IMG/VR virus record: IMGVR_UViG_3300012983_000002
Strand: one strand, 5' to 3'
Source: a virus
Lineage: Duplodnaviria; Heunggongvirae; Uroviricota; Caudoviricetes
Length of the DNA stretch: 64,000 nucleotides
How positions within the stretch are numbered: position 1 is the stretch's first letter; the number at the start of each line of letters is the position of its first letter. The translations under genes were made by a program, and so were the position numbers. Positions 58,735 through 64,000 of the stretch are shown in pieces. Below the pieces are notes generated by a model. That model ran no database searches. It saw only the letters and a program-made list of their open reading frames with translations, and was not told where the DNA came from.

Positions 58735-58790
58735 ATCTATGGGGCGTATAACTACGCTCATATTTATATAACAGGAAATAGGTAATTATT

Positions 58791-59657
58791 TCACAATAAA
58801 GAATCAGCTAAGTACTCAGCGAATGCCTCTTCTTCTAACTTATCCTTATTAACTGTTTTTAGGTAAGGAGTTGTAAACTTTTTTGTCTTAATTAGATCGG
58901 CTATCTCAGATTTAAACGCGTCCGTAGCGTGATTGTTATACAGTTCGTGTGCTAATTCGTGAGCTATAATCCTGGATGTGAATGTATCCTTATCTTCTTT
59001 GATGTTGAAAGCCTTCATTGGCTCATCCATATTCTCGTTCAGGTATATTTTCTTTTTCTTTGTCCAACTACCTCCGAATGGCAGGTTAAAATCATCCCCC
59101 ACTTTTTTCCCGTTGTTGAAATATGCAACAGGAGAATCTTCGAACTTCATATAGGATAAATCTGTATCGTATTTATCCTTGTAGGCTTCAATTATACGTT
59201 TGATGAGAGCTCGTTTTTCTGGAGACACTTTATCCAGGACTGTTTTGTTATTCTCTAACCCTGCTGTATCAATCTCGTACTCTGTAAAATCAGGAGTTTT
59301 ATTTTTTAATGTACCAACACTAGCTCCCAACTTCGAGCTAGCTATATTGTTATTGTCTACCTTGTAAATAATAGAATTAATGTCTTTCCTTAATTTAGCT
59401 TCCTCTATAGCTTTCTGCACTAATTGCTTGCCGACACCCTTGCCTTGTGAGTCAGGACTTACAGCCACAGTTAAAAACGCTTTATTTTTTTCTGATGGCA
59501 GTTTGTATAACTCTACAAATCCTTTATCTTTATTTGCCAGCAGTCTGTATAACAGATTAGGAGAATCTATAAATCTCCCTCTAGGAGCTACTAACAATTG
59601 CTGTGCCTTGGGAAGGCTATTGTATATTTTTAATACCTTGTTGAAGTTGTTACTCAT
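58791..59657 (-). CDS. GNAT acetyltransferase fused to an HExxH metallopeptidase-like domain
   Basis: LTVAVSPDSQGKGVGKQL, VDNNNIAS; IIAHELAHELY...EEAFAEY. Confidence 0.8.
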   Translation of the reverse strand: MSNNFNKVLKIYNSLPKAQQLLVAPRGRFIDSPNLLYRLLANKDKGFVELYKLPSEKNKAFLTVAVSPDSQGKGVGKQLVQKAIEEAKLRKDINSIIYKVDNNNIASSKLGASVGTLKNKTPDFTEYEIDTAGLENNKTVLDKVSPEKRALIKRIIEAYKDKYDTDLSYMKFEDSPVAYFNNGKKVGDDFNLPFGGSWTKKKKIYLNENMDEPMKAFNIKEDKDTFTSRIIAHELAHELYNNHATDAFKSEIADLIKTKKFTTPYLKTVNKDKLEEEAFAEYLADSLL

Positions 59658-59702
59658 ACAGTCGACATCGAAAATGTGTTATGTTTATTATACAATATAA
59701 AC

Positions 59703-60371
59703 ATGCTTAGCTCGTACACAATACAGGAACTTACTAAATATGCCTCTAAAGAGAAGAAGGAAGTTAGGGACTATAAAAAAAAGCCCAATAAGCGTAATAA
59801 GAAAAAGCTCATAGAGTCTATTAAGGTCGAAGAGAAAAATCATCCACTGCACATCCAGGGAGGGTATTATAAGGACACAAAGACTTTGCTCGATAGAGCT
59901 GATGAGCTAACAGATAGGGGTAACACTGTACGCGGAGCATTAACAAAATATATAGGAGTTCCCGTGTCTGCTGTTACAGAGACAGTACTTAGCCCTGTAC
60001 GAGCTATAGGTAGGGCTGTATCTCCTAATACAAATTTAGCGTTTTCTGATGTAGAAGATTTGCACAAGATAGATGATCCTGCAAAGCTTACCAGAGCTGC
60101 TAATGAACTTCTACGCCTGTATAAAGAAGAACGCCCTGATCCTACTGGTAACTGGGAAGGTGTTAAAAAGCTAGTTAAGAGTGTAAAAGCTACTCCAGCG
60201 GAACTTGCCTCTGATGTGGTAGCTCAGGCTGCTACAGGAGGAGTACCTGTGCTAGGCGACGCGGTAACTGACGTACTATCTGTACCGCATACAGCTCTCT
60301 TTGATAAGATGAATTGGAACGGTATTTCTCGAGAAGAGTATCTGCGCAGAAAAAGAAAAAAGAAATCGTAA
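59703..60371 (+). CDS. hypothetical protein
   Basis: ORF 59676..60371; start moved to ATG 59703 after TACAAT-N6. Confidence 0.7.
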   Translation: MLSSYTIQELTKYASKEKKEVRDYKKKPNKRNKKKLIESIKVEEKNHPLHIQGGYYKDTKTLLDRADELTDRGNTVRGALTKYIGVPVSAVTETVLSPVRAIGRAVSPNTNLAFSDVEDLHKIDDPAKLTRAANELLRLYKEERPDPTGNWEGVKKLVKSVKATPAELASDVVAQAATGGVPVLGDAVTDVLSVPHTALFDKMNWNGISREEYLRRKRKKKS

Positions 60372-60511
60372 CTAATAATAATTAGTAGGTGTGAAGTTGC
60401 ACATACGTGCGGATTTTTTTTCACTATATTTAATCTCTATTACACATCACATATAAACAACGAACCCTGAGGACTCCCCCAGAGTTCGTTTTATTTATAT
60501 AATGCAAATAA

Positions 60512-61000
60512 TTACACGTACCTATTAGGCAGTGGATTAGATTTATAAAACGGGTTCATTTCTTTCAGAGACGCAAAGTTGCCATTTGTATGAGCAGCAG
60601 CATCCAAAATGGACCGCTTTCTATCTTCCAGTTGTTTCATTCTCTTCAGTGTAGCAGGATTAAGCGCGTCAACTTCTCCGGAACTGATACGGTCAGCGTA
60701 ACGCATCAACGCTTTGTGCGCCCTGTCGGCGGCTTTGTAAGCTTTATCTCGGGCTAATTCGGCAAAGCGCACTGATGGGGAAACTTTAGAAAAGCTTGGA
60801 ACTATTATTAGTAATATAGCTGACCATCTTGGTAGGTGACAGAGCTCCGCTTCTAGCTCTAGGAGCTTTAGCGACTATCTTCTGCATACTGCGAATGGTC
60901 TCGGCACCTGGCTTAAAGGCTTGATGCTGTTTCTTAACAGTTGCGCAGCTTTCTTCTCTAATCCAAGCGCATTGGATAAGCCGCGCAGGTTAGAAGTTAC
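60512..61000 (-). pseudogene. probable frameshifted gene remnant
   Basis: Protein-like segments GLEKKAAQ / KQHQAFKPGAETIRSMQKIVAK / VRFAELARDKAYK lie in successive frames separated by stops. Confidence 0.35.
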
Positions 61001-61096
61001 ATTTAATTGAGTACTCATATAAAGAAATTATATATACAGAAAAGCACTTACAGCAATGCCCTATATGCTGTACGTCAATTTATGTATAATATAATC

Positions 61097-62404
61097 ATGC
61101 CTATACCGGAAACAACTGACGTAGGAGAACTTATAAGATTCTTCAAAAAAGACAAGCCTGACGCTTCACATAACCAGGTTGTAGCTATTGCTCTTAATGT
61201 CGCGAAGAAAAACAGAAAGAAGCTTAAAAAGAGTGAAGAGAAAAAAGCTTCAGTGCGAATGGTCGATACAGAAGAAGACGACGGCCCTCAGACGGGACCA
61301 GAAGCTATTGCATATGCTCTGTCTAAAATTGATATGGAGCAAGTAAAGAAAGAAGCTAGGGAAACTATTAAAGAGGGTAAGAAAACAAAGCGCCCTGCTG
61401 CGGTTGCTCTTTTACGTATTGCCGAAGGCTTGGAAAGAAATGGACTGGAACCGTCAGATTATATGATCAAAGCGGTACCAGTCATTCCGCCTAAGTACAG
61501 ACCCTTCTCAGCAATGGGAGGAAGCTTTATTCCTGGCGACGCCAATGTGCTGTATAAAGATCTTTGGGACTTAATGGAGGCGCATAAGGAAGAGAGATCT
61601 ATCTTTGGGGATAGTCACTCAGGACAATCACGTCTGGACATGTACGATGCTGTGAGAAGTGTGTACGGGTATGGTGATGCTGTAAAGCCAAAAACTAGAG
61701 CAAAAGACATTAAGGGATTCCTTAGCGTACTGACTGGTAAGACAGCAAAGCATTCTTTCTTCCAGCGAAAAATGCTATCCAAGAACCAGGATAGTACCGG
61801 TCGCTCTACTATTGTTGTAGATCCTGATTACGGCATTGATGATATCGGAATACCTGAGTCTATTGCTTTCAAAGTGTATGCTCCCTACATTCAAAGACGC
61901 TTACGTATGTCTGGTATGAGTGACATAGAAGCTCTTAAACATACGAAAGATCGTGACGAACACGCAAAGAGAGCATTGGAGAAAGAGATGGAAGTTCGCC
62001 CTGTTGTGTATTCACGCGCTCCAGCCTGGCATAAGTTCAGTGTGCTTGCTGCTAAGCCTAAATTAATATCAGACGGTAACGCTATCGCTATTAATCCGTT
62101 TGTTACGACTGGTCTCGGCGCTGATTTTGACGGGGACACTATCAATGTACACGTACCGGCCTCTCCGTCAGCTGTTAAAGAAGCTAAAGAAAAACTTATG
62201 CCATCTACTTTCCCATTCTCTAATAGAGATCAGGATAAGTTAGTACCTTTACCTAAGCAGGAGCAAGTTCTAGGATTGTATACAGCAGCAACATCACCTA
62301 AAACAACTCCTATTGATTTTCCGTCAGAGCAAGCTGCAATGGCTGCTATCAAGAGCGGTCAAATTCCTTTAAGCGCGGATATAACTATTAACGGAAAAGC
62401 ATGA
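61097..62404 (+). CDS. rpoC: phage multi-subunit RNA polymerase, catalytic beta-prime fragment
   Basis: YMIKAVPVIPPKYRP, DSTGRSTIV, SRAPAWHK, catalytic GADFDGDTINVHVP, KQEQVLGLY; start at ATG 61097 after TATAAT-N6. Confidence 0.95.
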   Translation: MPIPETTDVGELIRFFKKDKPDASHNQVVAIALNVAKKNRKKLKKSEEKKASVRMVDTEEDDGPQTGPEAIAYALSKIDMEQVKKEARETIKEGKKTKRPAAVALLRIAEGLERNGLEPSDYMIKAVPVIPPKYRPFSAMGGSFIPGDANVLYKDLWDLMEAHKEERSIFGDSHSGQSRLDMYDAVRSVYGYGDAVKPKTRAKDIKGFLSVLTGKTAKHSFFQRKMLSKNQDSTGRSTIVVDPDYGIDDIGIPESIAFKVYAPYIQRRLRMSGMSDIEALKHTKDRDEHAKRALEKEMEVRPVVYSRAPAWHKFSVLAAKPKLISDGNAIAINPFVTTGLGADFDGDTINVHVPASPSAVKEAKEKLMPSTFPFSNRDQDKLVPLPKQEQVLGLYTAATSPKTTPIDFPSEQAAMAAIKSGQIPLSADITINGKA

Positions 62405-62446
62405 AGCTCAGTATACTAATTTATAAAATTAAAATATAATAAAAAT

Positions 62447-63256
62447 ATGAGTTTACTAGATAGTATAGAGGATAAAGCAACAGACGCGAAAAATTACCTT
62501 TCAGATGTATTCAAAAAGATAACAGGTAATGAATCGCCAGGTATTCCTGTATCTGAGGGTATTGGAGCGTTAGCGCCAGGCTATCTTATTCAGAAACAGT
62601 TGCTCCCGGCTTATGCGAAGAAGGTATTACCGGATATGTTTACCGATGTAGAGTCGATTAAAAACATTAAGAATATCGATGACGCTCAAGACTTGCTAGA
62701 TTCGCTAAAATTTACTGAGTTTCTTAAATCAGAAGGGTATACTCTCGAGTCGAAGCCTTCTATAAGGAATAATGCGTACTTTCAACCTGCGATAAAGAGC
62801 ACTGATAATATTAAAGGTACTATAGGTTGGGGAGAAACGCAGATACCTCGAGCTCAGGTTCTTGCACACGAGTATGGTCATGCCAAAAATAATGAGCTTT
62901 ATAGAAAACTTTTTGGCGGACGTATAGGTGCTAATACTTTTCTGATTGGTGGTATGGCTATCCCTGCACGGTTAGGAGCTCCGGCTTTAGGAGCCGTTTC
63001 AACTGGTGCCACTCTTTTAGGAAACGACGATGTTGCGCTAGCGACAGGTTTGGCCGGACTTGGAGCTGGTGCTCCACTTGTCGCGGAAGAGACTCTTGCG
63101 TCTGCTAGAGGAGCTCTTGCATTAAAGAAGCTTGGTATGGGAGGAAAACTTAAAGCATTTATAGGACTGCCTACATACATAATGGACGCATCTTTACCGG
63201 CACTTCCTATATTTGGTAAAAAACTTGTAGAGAAACTTGTAGAGGCTTCCGAGTAA
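62447..63256 (+). CDS. membrane zinc metallopeptidase (YugP/Zn_peptidase_2-like)
   Basis: VLAHEYGHA, hydrophobic hairpin, EETLASARGALALK. Confidence 0.7.
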   Translation: MSLLDSIEDKATDAKNYLSDVFKKITGNESPGIPVSEGIGALAPGYLIQKQLLPAYAKKVLPDMFTDVESIKNIKNIDDAQDLLDSLKFTEFLKSEGYTLESKPSIRNNAYFQPAIKSTDNIKGTIGWGETQIPRAQVLAHEYGHAKNNELYRKLFGGRIGANTFLIGGMAIPARLGAPALGAVSTGATLLGNDDVALATGLAGLGAGAPLVAEETLASARGALALKKLGMGGKLKAFIGLPTYIMDASLPALPIFGKKLVEKLVEASE

Positions 63257-63276
63257 AATATAATTTTGTATAAATA

Positions 63277-63308
63277 ATAAAACCGGCCCTTAAGTGAGCC
63301 GGTTTTAT
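63277..63308. terminator. bidirectional terminator
   Basis: ataaaaccggc/gccggttttat between convergent genes. Confidence 0.75.
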
Positions 63309-63313
63309 TTTTG

Positions 63314-63688
63314 TTACACTAAACCTTCTCCGGAGGTTATGTAGTCCCACAGTTTTGTTGTTGTATTTTTCATATCCTCCCACTGACCTTTACTGGGCTT
63401 ATTAGCTTTAGCTCTAAACATCTTATCACCTAGCCTATAACCGACGTCTTCCCCTACAAACAAACCTGCAAGTGTAGGTAAAACTCTAGCAATCGCGTCC
63501 GCATCACCTCCTGTTTTCAGTTTCAAAAGTTTCGCTATCACGCTACCAGCCCCGTAACCTCCAGCCAAACCTGTAAGTCCTCCCACATCAGCTACAGCAC
63601 CTCTACCTGCTGAGCCCAGAAGGCTTATTTGTTCTGGATCTCTAATAATAGGAGCTAATACTGTGTTAGCTACTAAAAAACTTTCCAT
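63314..63688 (-). CDS. Gly-rich membrane protein
   Basis: Gly-zipper-like helices; TATACT-N6-ATG start. Confidence 0.65.
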   Translation of the reverse strand: MESFLVANTVLAPIIRDPEQISLLGSAGRGAVADVGGLTGLAGGYGAGSVIAKLLKLKTGGDADAIARVLPTLAGLFVGEDVGYRLGDKMFRAKANKPSKGQWEDMKNTTTKLWDYITSGEGLV

Positions 63689-63780
63689 AATAAGAGTATA
63701 AATTGAAATTTACAATAATACAAAAACTCTCAACATTTTGTTGTTGAGAGTTTTTGTAAATTTAAATTGTAATTTAGCTA

Positions 63781-64000
63781 TTAAGAGACTACATCCTTCA
63801 ACGCTTCCCAACCATTTACGCCAGTGTCTTTGAGTGAATTTAGCATTTCTTTGCTAGAATCTTTAAATTTCTCGTAATTAGACTTTGGACGTAACTTAGA
63901 CGTTAGGTTATCCCACAGCGATGATGCCTTTCCTCCAGCTACTTCCGCTGGAGATTTTTTACCAACCTGGGCCTCCAGAGATTTAAGAGCTATTTTATTA
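63781..64000 (-). CDS. hypothetical protein, partial (3' end)
   Basis: Hand translation ...KSLEAQVGKK...WEALKDVVS* open from the window edge. Confidence 0.6.
   Translation of the reverse strand, partial: NKIALKSLEAQVGKKSPAEVAGGKASSLWDNLTSKLRPKSNYEKFKDSSKEMLNSLKDTGVNGWEALKDVVS

Noticed and set aside
2280-63180. Most plus-strand and nested short ORFs in the track (for example 7865..8431, 9080..9844, 10151..10801, 53849..54406)
   Set aside because: Antisense shadows of well-supported genes with no recognisable motifs.
1-64000. CRISPR array
   Set aside because: No run of equal-length repeats with unique spacers was seen in any intergenic gap.
1-64000. Alternative genetic code (TAG/TGA recoding)
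   Set aside because: Long conserved genes are intact under the standard code, breaks are explained by introns or the intein, and no suppressor tRNA was seen.

Overview
64 kb fragment of a large (jumbo-type) dsDNA tailed phage genome using the standard code, with most genes on the minus strand. It encodes a multi-subunit RNA polymerase split into separate genes (two beta pieces at 582-2371 on minus, a catalytic beta-prime piece at 61097-62404 on plus) and an RpoD-like sigma factor. The replication/recombination block contains RecQ, RecA, a UDG-fused family A DNA polymerase interrupted by two homing-endonuclease group I introns, primase, DnaB, a UvsW-like helicase, SbcCD, an NAD ligase and RNase H. 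Other genes include ThyX, and there are 15 tRNA genes, one with a group I intron and several non-canonical. Highlights: (1) terminase large subunit split at Walker A by an atypically split intein whose halves lie 18.9 kb apart; (2) a solitary minimal Cas7/RAMP-like protein inside the recombination operon with no CRISPR array in the window; (3) a D-armless tRNA-Arg(UCU) with a very large variable arm; (4) integrase-less single-gene cassettes bracketed by duplicated tRNA 3' halves; (5) a hairpin/promoter switch on a free-standing HNH next to an ORF-less intron; (6) a NeuA-GT29 sialyltransferase-like fusion and a PncA-like-ACP fusion; (7) a recurring TAnnnT-N6-ATG leaderless start architecture. 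All protein calls come from motif recognition by eye; no database search was run, and the host could not be assigned.
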